64,000 nucleotides of DNA, from the NCBI GenBank assembly GCA_027061845.1, contig JAMOVS010000002.1:5690-69689 (forward strand), given 5' to 3'. Both the position numbers and the translations under genes were made by a program. The notes below the pieces were generated by a model, which was given only the letters and a program-made list of their open reading frames with translations, was not told the DNA's origin and did no database searches. Position 1 is the first letter of the stretch. Each line of letters begins with the position of its first letter. The DNA comes from Thermaceae bacterium. Its GTDB lineage: Bacteria; Deinococcota; Deinococci; Deinococcales; Marinithermaceae. This document shows, one piece after another, positions 43,382 through 55,201 of this stretch.

Positions 43382-44203
43382 ATGGAAGGCCTCTACGAAC
43401 GCATCCAGGCGAGCGTCCAGGCGATTCGGGAAAAGACCGCCTTCGAGCCCGAGCTCGGCATCGTCTTGGGTTCGGGGCTCGGTCCCCTGGCCGACGAGGT
43501 CGAGGTCGAGGCGGCGATCCCCTACGCCGAGATCCCGCACTTTCCCGTCTCCACCGCGCCCGGGCACGAGGGCAAGCTGATCTTCGGCCGCCTTTCCGGC
43601 AAGCGCGTCCTGGTCTACAAGGGCCGGGTGCACTACTACGAGGGCTACCCCATGGACCAGGTGGTCTTCCCGGTGCGGGTGGGCTACTTCCTGGGGGCGA
43701 AGACCTTCCTCCTGACCTCGGCGGCGGGGGGGCTCGACCCGAACTTCGAGGCCGGGAACATCATGCTCCACACCGACTACATCAACTTCATGGGCGACAC
43801 CCCCCTCCGGGGCCCCAACGACGAGCGGCTCGGCCCCCGCTTCCCGGTGATGTTCGACGCCTACGATCCCGGGCTTCGGGGGCTCTTCCAGCGGGTGGCG
43901 CTGGAGGAGAAGATCCTGCTCCGGGAGGGCGTCTACGTCGCCATCTCGGGGCCGAACTTCGCCTCCCGCGCCGAGCTTCGCATGCTCCGGGGCTTCGGTG
44001 CCGACGCCATCGGCATGAGCACGGTGCCCGAGGTGATCGCGCTCCGGCACCTGGGGGCGCGGGTGGTGGCGGTCTCCACCATCACCGACATGGCCATTCC
44101 CGACCGCGACCACCACGCCACCGAGGAAGAGGTGCTGGAGACCGCCGAGCGCACCGGTCCGGTCTTCCGGCGGCTGGTCAAGGCCTTCGTCGCCGCCCTT
44201 TGA
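43382..44203 (+). CDS. punA: Purine nucleoside phosphorylase (trimeric PunA type)
   Basis: GIVLGSGLG, STAPGHEGKLIFG and GMSTVPEVI motifs (273 aa). Confidence 0.88.
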   Translation: MEGLYERIQASVQAIREKTAFEPELGIVLGSGLGPLADEVEVEAAIPYAEIPHFPVSTAPGHEGKLIFGRLSGKRVLVYKGRVHYYEGYPMDQVVFPVRVGYFLGAKTFLLTSAAGGLDPNFEAGNIMLHTDYINFMGDTPLRGPNDERLGPRFPVMFDAYDPGLRGLFQRVALEEKILLREGVYVAISGPNFASRAELRMLRGFGADAIGMSTVPEVIALRHLGARVVAVSTITDMAIPDRDHHATEEEVLETAERTGPVFRRLVKAFVAAL

Positions 44204-44838
44204 TGGCGCTTTTTGAGGTGCTCGAGCGGATCGAGGCGGCGGCCCGCCGGGCGGGCCGGGACCCGGCCTCGGTTCGCCTGGTGGTGGTGACCAAGGGGCG
44301 CGCTCCCGAAGAGATCCGGGAGAAGGTGCTCGCCCACGGCGACTTCCCCCTGGGGGAGTCCCGGGTGCAGGAGGCGCTTCCGAAGCTCGAGGCCCTGCCC
44401 GAGGCCCGCTTCCACTTCATCGGCCCGTTGCAGCGAAACAAGGCCAAGTTCATGGGGCGCTTCGAGCTTTTGCACTCGCTGGACTCGCTGCGGGTGGCCG
44501 AGGCGCTCGACCGCCGGCTCGAGCGGGTGCTCGAGGTCCTGATCGAGGTCAACGTGGGCCGGGAGCCGCAAAAGCACGGGATTTTGCCCGAGGAGCTCCC
44601 CGGGCTCCTGGCGGCGGTCTCGGAGCTTCCCCGGCTCCGGGTCCGGGGACTGATGACCGTGGCCCCCCGCACCCCCGACGAGGCCCGCTTGCGCTCGGTC
44701 TTCGCCGAGCTCAGCCGGCTCGCCGACCGGTATAATCTTCCCGAACGTTCGATGGGAATGAGCGAGGATTTCGAGCTGGCGGTGGAGGAGGGGGCAACCT
44801 TGGTTCGGGTAGGAAGGGCGGTCTTCGATGGGCTTTAA
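44203..44838 (+). CDS. yggS: YggS family pyridoxal-phosphate-binding protein
   Basis: VVVTKGR (PLP Lys), FHFIGPLQRNK, MGMSEDFELAVEEGATLVRVG. The ATG at 44203 overlaps the punA stop; an in-frame TTG one codon upstream is an alternative. Confidence 0.88.
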   Translation: MALFEVLERIEAAARRAGRDPASVRLVVVTKGRAPEEIREKVLAHGDFPLGESRVQEALPKLEALPEARFHFIGPLQRNKAKFMGRFELLHSLDSLRVAEALDRRLERVLEVLIEVNVGREPQKHGILPEELPGLLAAVSELPRLRVRGLMTVAPRTPDEARLRSVFAELSRLADRYNLPERSMGMSEDFELAVEEGATLVRVGRAVFDGL

Positions 44839-45277
44839 CCCACTCGACATCCGCTACCAGGAATTCCGGCGCAAGGTCCGCGGCTACGACGTCGAGGAGG
44901 TCCGCGCCTACCTGGGGGAGGTCGCGGACTACGTGACCTCGCTGGAGGAGGAGCTCGCCGCCTGCAAGAAGCGGGTGGGGGAGCTGGAGGAGGAGCTTTC
45001 CCAGGCCCGGGAGGGGGAGGCCGAGCTGAAGCGGGCGGTGGTGGCGGCCGAGCGCATCGCCCGGGAGGTCCGGGCCCAGGCCGAGCGCGAGGCCGAGCTG
45101 ATCCGGGCCGAGGCCGAGGCGGCCAAGGAGCGCGCCCTGCGCGAGGCGATGGAGCACCTAAAGCGGGTCCAGCGCGACCTCGAGCGCTTGCGGAACGAGC
45201 GCGAGCTCTTCAAGGAGCAGTTCCGGGGGATGCTTGAGGGCTATCTCGCGAGCCTGGATCGCGAGGGTGGCGACTAG
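44828..45277 (+). CDS. divIVA: DivIVA domain protein
   Basis: N-terminal lipid-binding motif MGFNPLDIRYQEFRRKVRGYDVEEV followed by a coiled coil. Confidence 0.85.
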   Translation: MGFNPLDIRYQEFRRKVRGYDVEEVRAYLGEVADYVTSLEEELAACKKRVGELEEELSQAREGEAELKRAVVAAERIAREVRAQAEREAELIRAEAEAAKERALREAMEHLKRVQRDLERLRNERELFKEQFRGMLEGYLASLDREGGD

Positions 45278-45776
45278 CCGGGAGCCGGGGAAAGACCAGG
45301 CTGGCGAGGTAGAAGACGCGCTCCCGCCAGAGGTAGCGGGGGCGGAACTTTCCCTCCACCGCCACCCCCTGGGCCCGGAGCCCGATCCTCCGGGCGTAGA
45401 GCAGGGCCCGGGGTAGGTGGGGGCGGTCGGTGACCAGCAGGACGGGCGCGTCCCCGAACACCGCCCGCGCCGCCAGCAGGTTTTCCCAGGTGCTCCGGCT
45501 TTTGGTCTCGCAGCGGAGCGCCCGCCGGGGGACGCCGAGCTTTTCCAGGTAACGGCAACCGACGGTGCCCTCGGCTTGGCGGGCTCCCGGGGCACGGCCG
45601 CCGGTGACCAGGATGATCGGGGCACGGCCGGCCCTCCAGAGCTCGGCCGCCTTTTCCAGCCGGGCGGCGAAGGTAGGGGAGGGCTCGCCGTTCCACTGGG
45701 CGGCGCCGAGCACCACGATGCCCTCGGCGGCCCAGGCGGGGGCGAGCAGGAGCAGGGCAAGCAGCAGCGCCCGCAT
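45210..45776 (-). CDS. DUF218/YdcF (ElyC-like) family protein
   Basis: Signal-like MRALLLALLLLAPAWA, IILVTGG, ETKSRSTWEN and LLVTDRPHLPRA motifs. The ATG at 45776 is preferred over the ORF-track start at 45869. The 3' tail overlaps divIVA by 68 nt. Confidence 0.75.
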   Translation of the reverse strand: MRALLLALLLLAPAWAAEGIVVLGAAQWNGEPSPTFAARLEKAAELWRAGRAPIILVTGGRAPGARQAEGTVGCRYLEKLGVPRRALRCETKSRSTWENLLAARAVFGDAPVLLVTDRPHLPRALLYARRIGLRAQGVAVEGKFRPRYLWRERVFYLASLVFPRLPASRHPRDPGSRDSPQASPGTAP

Positions 45777-45872
45777 TCCCCTCCATGCTAAACTAAGGGC
45801 GCCGGAAGCGTCGTCCCCGGCGTTTCCGGGGGGTGAGGCGGAATCCAGAAGGTCTACGGACGAACGCAAGGG

Positions 45873-47483
45873 TTGAAACCGAGCACAGCGAAGAAGGTGG
45901 CGGGACTTTACCGCCGCCGTTTTCCCGCCGGCCGGTTGTTCACCGGCGAGCTCGCCTACCGGCTGGCCGAGCTCACCGAGGAGGTGGGCCGGCCGCTATC
46001 GCTTCTGATCGACCGCAAGGGGCACGTGCTCCGGGTGGCGGTGGGGGACGCCAAGGAGCTCCCCCTGCCCGAGCGCCCCTGGATGGAAAACCGGCTTTCC
46101 GGCTACCACCTGCTGCACACCCACACCGGGGCGGGGGGCCTTTCCCGGCCCGACCTCTCGGTGCTCTTTTTGAACCGGCTGGACGCGATCGCCGCCCTCG
46201 AGGTGGAAGCCGGCCGGCCCCGCCGGGTGCAGCTGGCCCACCTGGTGCCCCCCTCCTCCGAGGAGGAGGACTGGCGGATTCTGCCCCCGCGCCCCTTCGA
46301 GGCCTGGCTGGACTTCGACCTGGCCGGCCTGGTGGCCGCCCTGGAGGAGGAGTTCGGCCGTCAGGCGCGCTTGCTCGAGCTCGAGGACGGGGCCGGGGAG
46401 CGGGTGGTGCTGGTGGGCGTGGACCGCGGCGAGGGGCCGGCGGCCGAGGCGGCGCTAAGGGAGCTCGCCGAGCTAGCCAGAAGCGCCGGCGGCGTGGTGG
46501 TGCATTCCGAGCTGGTCTTTCGTCCCGAGCTCGACCCCCGCACCCTGGTGGGCCGGGGCAAGCTCGAGGAGCTGGTCTCCACCGCCTACCACCAAAACGC
46601 CGGCACCCTGATCTTCGGCACCGACCTCACCCCGGCCCAGGCCCGGGAGGTCGAGCGGCTCACCCAGATGAAGGTCCTGGACCGCAGCCAGCTGATCCTG
46701 GACATCTTTGCCCAGCACGCGAGGACGCCCGAGGCCAAGGCCCAGGTCGAGCTGGCCCAGCTCAAGTACCTGCTGCCCCGGCTGGTGGGCCGGGGGCAGG
46801 CGATGAGCCGGCTGGGCGGCGGCATCGGCACCCGCGGCCCTGGCGAGACCAAGCTCGAGGTCGACCGCCGCCGCCTGCAAAAGCGCATTCAGGACCTCTC
46901 CAAGGAGCTGGAACGAATCGCCCGCCGCCGCCGCGAGGCGCGGAAAAAGCGCCGCCGCAAGGGGGTGCCGGTGGTGGCGGTGGTGGGCTACACCAACGCG
47001 GGCAAGACCACCCTGGCGCGGGCGCTCGCCAAGAAGGGCGAGGCGGGCGAGGACAAGCTCTTCGCCACGCTCAGGCCGCTGGTTCGCCGGGGCTTCCTCC
47101 CCGGCCTCGGCGAGGTCCTCTACGCCGACACCGTGGGCTTCATCCGGGAGATGCCCGAGGACCTGGTCACCGCCTTCCGCGCCACCTTGGAGGAGCTCGC
47201 CGACGCCGACGTGCTGCTCCACGTCCTCGACGTCTCCGAGGAGGGATTCGAGGAGCGAAAGGAGACGGTGGAAGCGCTCCTCGCCGAGCTCGGCATCGAT
47301 CGGCCGGTGGTCCTCGCCCTCAACAAGACCGACCGCGCCGACCCCTACGACCTCGAGCTCGCCCGCGAGCGCTACCGCGGGGTGCCGGTCTCGGCGGTCA
47401 AAAAAGAGGGCCTCCCCGAGCTCAAGGCAGCGCTCAAGGAGGCCCTGATCGAGTCCGGCGTCAAGCCTGCCGCCTGGGCCTAG
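45873..47483 (+). CDS. hflX: GTPase HflX with extended N-terminus
   Basis: HflX N-domain (LDRSQLILDIFAQHARTPEAKAQVELAQLKY; GGGIGTRGPGETKLE), G1 GYTNAGKTT, DTVGF and NKTD. About 140 extra N-terminal residues precede the canonical domain. Start is TTG at 45873, or GTG at 45897. Confidence 0.88.
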   Translation: MKPSTAKKVAGLYRRRFPAGRLFTGELAYRLAELTEEVGRPLSLLIDRKGHVLRVAVGDAKELPLPERPWMENRLSGYHLLHTHTGAGGLSRPDLSVLFLNRLDAIAALEVEAGRPRRVQLAHLVPPSSEEEDWRILPPRPFEAWLDFDLAGLVAALEEEFGRQARLLELEDGAGERVVLVGVDRGEGPAAEAALRELAELARSAGGVVVHSELVFRPELDPRTLVGRGKLEELVSTAYHQNAGTLIFGTDLTPAQAREVERLTQMKVLDRSQLILDIFAQHARTPEAKAQVELAQLKYLLPRLVGRGQAMSRLGGGIGTRGPGETKLEVDRRRLQKRIQDLSKELERIARRRREARKKRRRKGVPVVAVVGYTNAGKTTLARALAKKGEAGEDKLFATLRPLVRRGFLPGLGEVLYADTVGFIREMPEDLVTAFRATLEELADADVLLHVLDVSEEGFEERKETVEALLAELGIDRPVVLALNKTDRADPYDLELARERYRGVPVSAVKKEGLPELKAALKEALIESGVKPAAWA

Positions 47484-48187
47484 CGGACGTTTCCGGTCTC
47501 GAACTTCTGGTCGTTGATGTCGATCACGCTGAAGTCGCCCTCGGAGAGCGACCCGGGCATGACCACCAGGCTGGTGCCCAGCATCTCGTGCTTGAGGTCG
47601 GCGCCCGGCAGGTTGGGGCCGGCGACGATCGCTACCCGGGGCTTGAAGGTCTTGATCAGCTCGGCGACCACCTCGCTCCCCTCCTCGCCGAGGCCCTTGT
47701 GCTCGGGCTTGGTGGCGAAGAGGAAGACCTTCTGGTAGTCCTTGAGCTCCCGCAGCACCTTCAGGCGGTACTCCGCCTCCCAGCCGGGGTAGCGGAGCGC
47801 TTGGATCTCCTCGCGGATGAAGTCGGGGTCGTCGACGATCTCGCCGCCCATGCCGGCGAAGACGACGTAGCCCGGCCCGAAGCCGAAGGTGCCGTGCACC
47901 CCGTGCAGGAAGGGGAAGACCACCTCGATGTTGTAGGCCTCCCGCAGGTACTCGTAGACCGGGGCGTCGTTCGGCCCGGGGACGTAGAAGGCGGGTTTAT
48001 TCAGCTTGGCCAGCGCCTTGAAGACCGCCCGGTAGCTCTCCGCCTTCTTCTCCTTGCCGGCCAGGTCGCCCACCAGGGCGATCGCGTCCACGTCGGCGCT
48101 CTCGATCACCTCGGCCAGCCGCTCGACGTTCTCCACGTCGCCGCGCACGTTGGCGGCGGCCAGTACCCGGCGCACGTACTTCCGCAT
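47480..48187 (-). CDS. Calcineurin-like metallophosphoesterase-fold protein with degenerate metal motifs
   Basis: ALVGDLAG (GD motif) is present. Motif I reads AANVRGD instead of D-x-H, and motif III reads GPND instead of GNH(D/E). The ATG at 48187 lies 7 nt after SD GGAGG; the ORF-track TTG at 48205 would include the SD. Confidence 0.65.
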   Translation of the reverse strand: MRKYVRRVLAAANVRGDVENVERLAEVIESADVDAIALVGDLAGKEKKAESYRAVFKALAKLNKPAFYVPGPNDAPVYEYLREAYNIEVVFPFLHGVHGTFGFGPGYVVFAGMGGEIVDDPDFIREEIQALRYPGWEAEYRLKVLRELKDYQKVFLFATKPEHKGLGEEGSEVVAELIKTFKPRVAIVAGPNLPGADLKHEMLGTSLVVMPGSLSEGDFSVIDINDQKFETGNVR

Positions 48188-48290
48188 ACCCATCCCTCCT
48201 TTCAAGAAACCTCATATAGAGCTTGTCAACTAAAGCCTACCACCATTTTCACCGCGGGACAAGGCGGCCGCCTTCGGTTAGCATGAGGCT

Positions 48291-49484
48291 ATGCGTGAAG
48301 TTTTTATCGTATCCGCGGCGAGAACGCCGATCGGCCGCTTTGGCGGCGGCCTCAAGGCCAAGACCCCGGCCCAGCTGGCGGCGCACGCGATGAAGGCGGC
48401 GCTGGAGCGGGCCGGCGTTTCCGGGGACGCGCTCGACTTCTACGTCTTCGGCAACGTGCTCCGGGCCGGCCACGGCCAGCTCATCCCGCGGCAGGCCGCC
48501 TTCCTCGCCGGCATCCCCCAGGAGAAGGACGGCTACGCGGTGGACATGGTCTGCTCCTCGGGGATGATGGCGGTGCAAAACGCCGCCACCGCGATCCGGG
48601 CGGGGGAGGCCGAGCTGGTGCTCGCGGGCGGGGTGGAGTCGATGAGCCAGGCGGGGTTTTTCCTCTCCCACCGGGCCCGCTGGGGGTACAAGTTCCTCCT
48701 GGGCGCTCCCGAAGAGCTCAAGGACCTTTTGCTTTACGACGGCCTCACCGACCCCACGAACAATGAACCGATGGGCCTCGAGGCCGAACGCCTCGCGGCC
48801 GAGTTCGGCATCACCCGGGAGGAGCTCGACGAGGTCGCCTACCTCTCCCAGACCCGGGCCGCCGAGGCCACCCAGCGCGGCGACTTCGCCGCCGAGATCG
48901 CGCCGATCGAGGTGAGGAGCAAGAAGGGCCCGGCGCTGCTCGAGGCCGACGAGGGCATCCGGCCCGACACCAGCAAGGAGGCCCTCGCCGCCCTGCGCCC
49001 TGCGTTCAAAAAAGACGGCGTCTTCACCGCCGGCAACTCCAGCCAGATCTCGGACGGGGCGGCGGCGCTCTTGCTCGCGAGCAAGGAGGCGCTTGAGCGC
49101 CACGGGCTGAAACCCCTCGCCCGCATCCTGGGCGGAACCATGCACGCGGGCGAGACCTGGCGCTTCCCCGAGGCGCCGGTTCCGGCGGTGAAAAAGCTCC
49201 TCGACCGGCTCGGGATGGACATCGGGGACTTCGACTACTTCGAGAACAACGAGGCCTTCGCCCTCAACAACCTGCTCTTTGAGCGCCTGCTCGGGGTGCC
49301 CCGGGAGCGGCTCAACGTCTTTGGCGGGGCGATCGCGCTGGGGCACCCGATCGGGGCCTCGGGAGCGCGGATTCTGGTGACGCTTTTGAACGTGCTGGAG
49401 AAAAAAGACGGCGAGCGCGGGCTCGCCGCCGTCTGCCACGGGACCGGCGGGGCCACCGCGATGGCGCTCGAGCGCCTCGCTTAG
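48291..49484 (+). CDS. Acetyl-CoA C-acetyltransferase (thiolase II)
   Basis: Active-site Cys in [12 protein letters not shown], and C-terminal [20 protein letters not shown] and [13 protein letters not shown]. Confidence 0.92.
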   Translation: MREVFIVSAARTPIGRFGGGLKAKTPAQLAAHAMKAALERAGVSGDALDFYVFGNVLRAGHGQLIPRQAAFLAGIPQEKDGYAVDMVCSSGMMAVQNAATAIRAGEAELVLAGGVESMSQAGFFLSHRARWGYKFLLGAPEELKDLLLYDGLTDPTNNEPMGLEAERLAAEFGITREELDEVAYLSQTRAAEATQRGDFAAEIAPIEVRSKKGPALLEADEGIRPDTSKEALAALRPAFKKDGVFTAGNSSQISDGAAALLLASKEALERHGLKPLARILGGTMHAGETWRFPEAPVPAVKKLLDRLGMDIGDFDYFENNEAFALNNLLFERLLGVPRERLNVFGGAIALGHPIGASGARILVTLLNVLEKKDGERGLAAVCHGTGGATAMALERLA

Positions 49485-49966
49485 CCGCCGTAGCTCCAGC
49501 CGGTATCCCGGAGGCACAGGGAGGCTTCGGCCTCCCGGTTTTTTCCCACCGCCACCACCTCGGCGACCAGCACCCCGTGGTCGCCGCCGGCCGCCCACTC
49601 CCGGGCCTCGATGCGGAAGTACCAGGGGATCTCCTCCAGGATGGGGAGACCCTCTTCCAGGCGAAAGGGGTGGCCGTTCATCGTGTTCCCCTCGACCCGG
49701 GTGGCCTTGAAGAAGTCGGCGGCGAGGTCTTTCTGCCCCTCGGCCAGGATGTGGACCGCCGCCCGGCCGGTCTCCCTGACCAGCTCGTAGACCTTGGAGT
49801 CCTTCCGGAGGGCGAGCATCACCAGCGGCGGCTCGAACGAGGCCTGGGAGACCCAGGTGACCAGCGCGCCGGCGTAGTCCTCGTCCTTCTTGGCGGTGAG
49901 CACGTAGACGCCGTAGTGCAGCTTGCGCAAGACCTCTTTGCGGAGTTTCGGGTCCATGGCCGCCAT
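49481..49966 (-). CDS. Flavin reductase-like FMN-binding domain protein
   Basis: 161 aa; the HYGVYVLTAK..GALVTWVSQASFEPPLVMLAL pattern fits the flavin reductase/DIM6-NTAB family. There is a 4-nt convergent overlap with the thiolase gene. Confidence 0.7.
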   Translation of the reverse strand: MAAMDPKLRKEVLRKLHYGVYVLTAKKDEDYAGALVTWVSQASFEPPLVMLALRKDSKVYELVRETGRAAVHILAEGQKDLAADFFKATRVEGNTMNGHPFRLEEGLPILEEIPWYFRIEAREWAAGGDHGVLVAEVVAVGKNREAEASLCLRDTGWSYGG

Positions 49967-49967
49967 C

Positions 49968-50288
49968 TTAGAACAGGGAGGCGGGCTCGTCCGTGTCCCA
50001 GCGCACCACCTCGAGCCGCTCGTCCTGGAGGCGGTAGCTCCCGTTCTGGCTCAGGTAGTCGGCGACCTCGGCGAGCACCCGTTCGGCGGTCTTGGGGTCG
50101 TTGCTGATGATTACGAAACCGACCGTTTCCCAGCCGTGTTCGTCGAGGCCTTCGATCCGGGCGGCGGAGACCGGGAAACGGGCGCGGATGCGCTCGATCA
50201 CCGGCCGCACCAGGGCCCGTTTCTCTTTGAGGCTCTTCACCCAGGGCATCTCGAGGCGGGCCAGGTAGACGCCGACGTAGGCGGGCAT
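49968..50288 (-). CDS. DUF503 (YlxP-like) protein
   Basis: 106 aa; L.MPWVKSLKEKRALVRPVIERIRARF is the characteristic DUF503 N-terminal pattern. Confidence 0.75.
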   Translation of the reverse strand: MPAYVGVYLARLEMPWVKSLKEKRALVRPVIERIRARFPVSAARIEGLDEHGWETVGFVIISNDPKTAERVLAEVADYLSQNGSYRLQDERLEVVRWDTDEPASLF

Positions 50289-50344
50289 AGGAAGATGCTA
50301 CCCCCGGGGGCGGGCCCCGGGGGCAGCGGTGGTGAGGGGGTAGG

Positions 50345-53044
<2,700 letters not shown>

Positions 53045-53155
53045 AAAGGCTCCTTTCCTCCCCAACGGGGGACAAAACGCGGGTAGCTTTTGGGGGTGTC
53101 ATGGCTTGCTTCCGGCGGGGGGCGCCCCGGCCGGTCTCCGAGACCAGAATACCAC

Positions 53156-53365
53156 CTAGAGCATGCCGGCGAGAAATCCCTCTTCCCGAACCGCCCGGAT
53201 CAGGTCCATGACGGTGAGGCGGTGGGGGTCGTACTCCACCAGGACCTGGCCCGGCTGGGGGACCTCGACCCGACCGACGCCCTCGAGGCCCCGCAGGGCC
53301 TCGACGACCCGGCGCATCTGCTCCTCGGTTTCGGCGCCGCGAACGCCGAGCAGGACCCGGTTCAT
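53156..53365 (-). CDS. Small heavy-metal-associated (HMA/ferredoxin-like) fold protein lacking the CxxC site
   Basis: 69 aa with an HMA-like beta-alpha-beta-beta-alpha-beta layout ([30 protein letters not shown]....VLVEYD...[15 protein letters not shown]). It contains no cysteine at all. Confidence 0.5.
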   Translation of the reverse strand: MNRVLLGVRGAETEEQMRRVVEALRGLEGVGRVEVPQPGQVLVEYDPHRLTVMDLIRAVREEGFLAGML

Positions 53366-53370
53366 GCCGA

Positions 53371-53805
53371 CTATTCTAAAACACCCCGGTGCTCGCCCCG
53401 GGCCCCCCGGCTCCCCAGCGCCCGCACGAAGAGGCGGGGGCCGGCGACGAAGCCGAGCGCGGTGAGCGTGTCGGCCTCGAGCTCGTCGCCGACCACGGCG
53501 ACCTCGTAGGCGCCGGCGTCGTAGGCGGACTTGGTGAGGGCGGTAAGGAGCGCTTCCCGGACCTCGGGGGAGTTCGCCACCAGCCGGGTGGCGAGCACGG
53601 TGGCCCGGTCGCCCTGCCAGAGGGGCTGGGCCAGCACGAAGCCGAGCGGACGGCCGTCCTCCTCGGCCACGAAGCTGTGGCCGCTGCGGGAGAAGAAGAC
53701 GATCGCTGCGGGGTTGGTGCGCTCGCGCTGGTGGGGTTTGAGGGCGGCGGCCTCGAGCTCGGCCAGCCGGGCCTCGTCGTCCGGAGTGAGGGGGCGGACC
53801 TGCAT
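53371..53805 (-). CDS. GNAT-like acetyltransferase-fold protein
   Basis: 144 aa with a GNAT-like pattern ([16 protein letters not shown]...). The usual Q/R-x-x-G-x-G/A acetyl-CoA loop is not evident. Confidence 0.55.
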   Translation of the reverse strand: MQVRPLTPDDEARLAELEAAALKPHQRERTNPAAIVFFSRSGHSFVAEEDGRPLGFVLAQPLWQGDRATVLATRLVANSPEVREALLTALTKSAYDAGAYEVAVVGDELEADTLTALGFVAGPRLFVRALGSRGARGEHRGVLE

Positions 53806-53818
53806 GGCTCGAGTCTAC

Positions 53819-55201
53819 CTAAAGCCGGCTCTCCAGCAGCAAAAGCGCCGCCGCCAGGAGGAGGAAGAAGGGCGCCAGCGGGCGCCGACCCTCCGCCAGC
53901 GGCCGAGCCGGGTCGCCTGCGGGAAGGAGGGTTTCCTCGGGGTTTTCTAGGACGTAGGCCACGCCGCCCCGGAGGCCGGGCCGGCGCACCCCGTCCGCCC
54001 CCAGCGGTTTCGCCGCCCGCAGGTGGGGGGCGAAGAAGTTGTAGACCAGGACCGGGAAGTAGGGCTTGTCCGCCAGGGTGTCGATCGGCGGCAGGTAGAG
54101 GCTTTGGCCGTCGCTATAGATCAGCCCCCGGCCGGCGGCGTCGACCGCGATCGGGGCCAGGCCGCCGCCCGGCGGCGGGGGGACGGCGAGCTCCTCGCCG
54201 AGCAGGGCGGCGCCGGTGAGGAAGGGGTGGCCGGCCTCGCGGTCGGCGACCACCGCGGTGCCCTCCGCCTCTCCGGCGAAGGCCAGGGTGGGGCGATCGG
54301 GGTTTTCGGGAACGCCCTCGATCACCGCGATCCCGCCCCGGGGGTCGGGCTTCGCCTCCAGCAGCGCGAGCAGCCGCAGGATCGCCGGGTGGTCGGAGGT
54401 CACCCGCACCCGGGGCTGGGCCCGGAGATAGACGCTCTGGTCGTCCAGGGCGAGCGCGTCGCCCGTTAGGATCTCGGCCTGGTGGCGGTCGCCGGCGGCC
54501 AGCGGGAGGGTCTTGAAGCCCCGGGCGGGGAGCGTGAGCTCATGCACCTGGCCGTCGACCCGGACCCGCACCCGGCGGGGGGCGTTCCCCCGGTGGCCGA
54601 GCACCAGCAGGTCCCTCCCCAGGTGGGTGATGCCGGCGTTCTCCTCCCGGCCGGCGACCGGGAGGTAGGCGTCGGTCGCGCTCGGGTCCTGGTCGCCTAG
54701 CCAGACGGTGGGGGCTCCGGGGAGGGCGCGGGCGGCCGCCAGCAGGGCGGCTTCGGCGTCGGGGTTGCGGTCCCCCGGCCGCCGGGCTTCGAGCGCCTTC
54801 AGCAGCTCGCCGGGGGGGCCGGGTCCGAGGACTTCCGGGGCGTTTCCGGCCAGGACCAGCACCGCCCTCTTGCGGCCCCGGAGCAGCTCCCATAGCGTCG
54901 CGGCGGCTTTTTGCCAGCGGCTGCCCGCCGCCATCGAGGCGCTGCGGTCGAGGACGACGGCGATCTGGGGGTGTTTCGCCGCCCGCTCGGGGCCGGCGAT
55001 CGCGAGCACCAGGAGGGCCCCCGCCAGCGGCAGGAGCAGGGCCCGGGGCCGGGGGCGGAAGCGGCGGCCCGGCTGGCGTTTCCAGAGGAAGAGGCCGGCG
55101 ACCGGGCGGACCGCCGGTCGCCGGCGGGCCGCCAGCCAGTAGAGCAGCGGGACGACCAGGGGCAGGAGCCCCAGCCAGAGGGGATTTTGGAAGCCTACCA
55201 G
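53819..55201 (-). CDS. BatA-like membrane-anchored von Willebrand factor A (vWA) domain protein
   Basis: MIDAS motif VVLDRSASM. A BatA-type N-terminal two-helix membrane segment (FQNPLWLGLLPLVVPLLYWL ... ALLLPLAGALLVLAIAG) is encoded in frame upstream of the first canonical start (GTG 55009). No ATG/GTG/TTG lies between it and the in-frame stop at 55262-55264. The 5' end is set at CTG 55201, and the exact start is uncertain. Confidence 0.65.
   Translation of the reverse strand: MVGFQNPLWLGLLPLVVPLLYWLAARRRPAVRPVAGLFLWKRQPGRRFRPRPRALLLPLAGALLVLAIAGPERAAKHPQIAVVLDRSASMAAGSRWQKAAATLWELLRGRKRAVLVLAGNAPEVLGPGPPGELLKALEARRPGDRNPDAEAALLAAARALPGAPTVWLGDQDPSATDAYLPVAGREENAGITHLGRDLLVLGHRGNAPRRVRVRVDGQVHELTLPARGFKTLPLAAGDRHQAEILTGDALALDDQSVYLRAQPRVRVTSDHPAILRLLALLEAKPDPRGGIAVIEGVPENPDRPTLAFAGEAEGTAVVADREAGHPFLTGAALLGEELAVPPPPGGGLAPIAVDAAGRGLIYSDGQSLYLPPIDTLADKPYFPVLVYNFFAPHLRAAKPLGADGVRRPGLRGGVAYVLENPEETLLPAGDPARPLAEGRRPLAPFFLLLAAALLLLESRL

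Noticed and set aside
45785-45796. Mini-ORF ATG CTA AAC TAA (MLN*) upstream of hflX, considered as a possible attenuation leader peptide.
   Set aside because: It has only three codons and no SD, and it lies within the divergent promoter region next to the DUF218 start codon. It is indistinguishable from chance.
50301-50323. GC-rich palindromic run (CCCCCGGGGGCGGGCCCCGGGGG) between the aconitase stop and the DUF503 start, considered as a terminator.
   Set aside because: The pairing is self-complementary but ambiguous, and neither strand has a flanking T-tract. It may still be an RNA structure, but I cannot support a terminator call.
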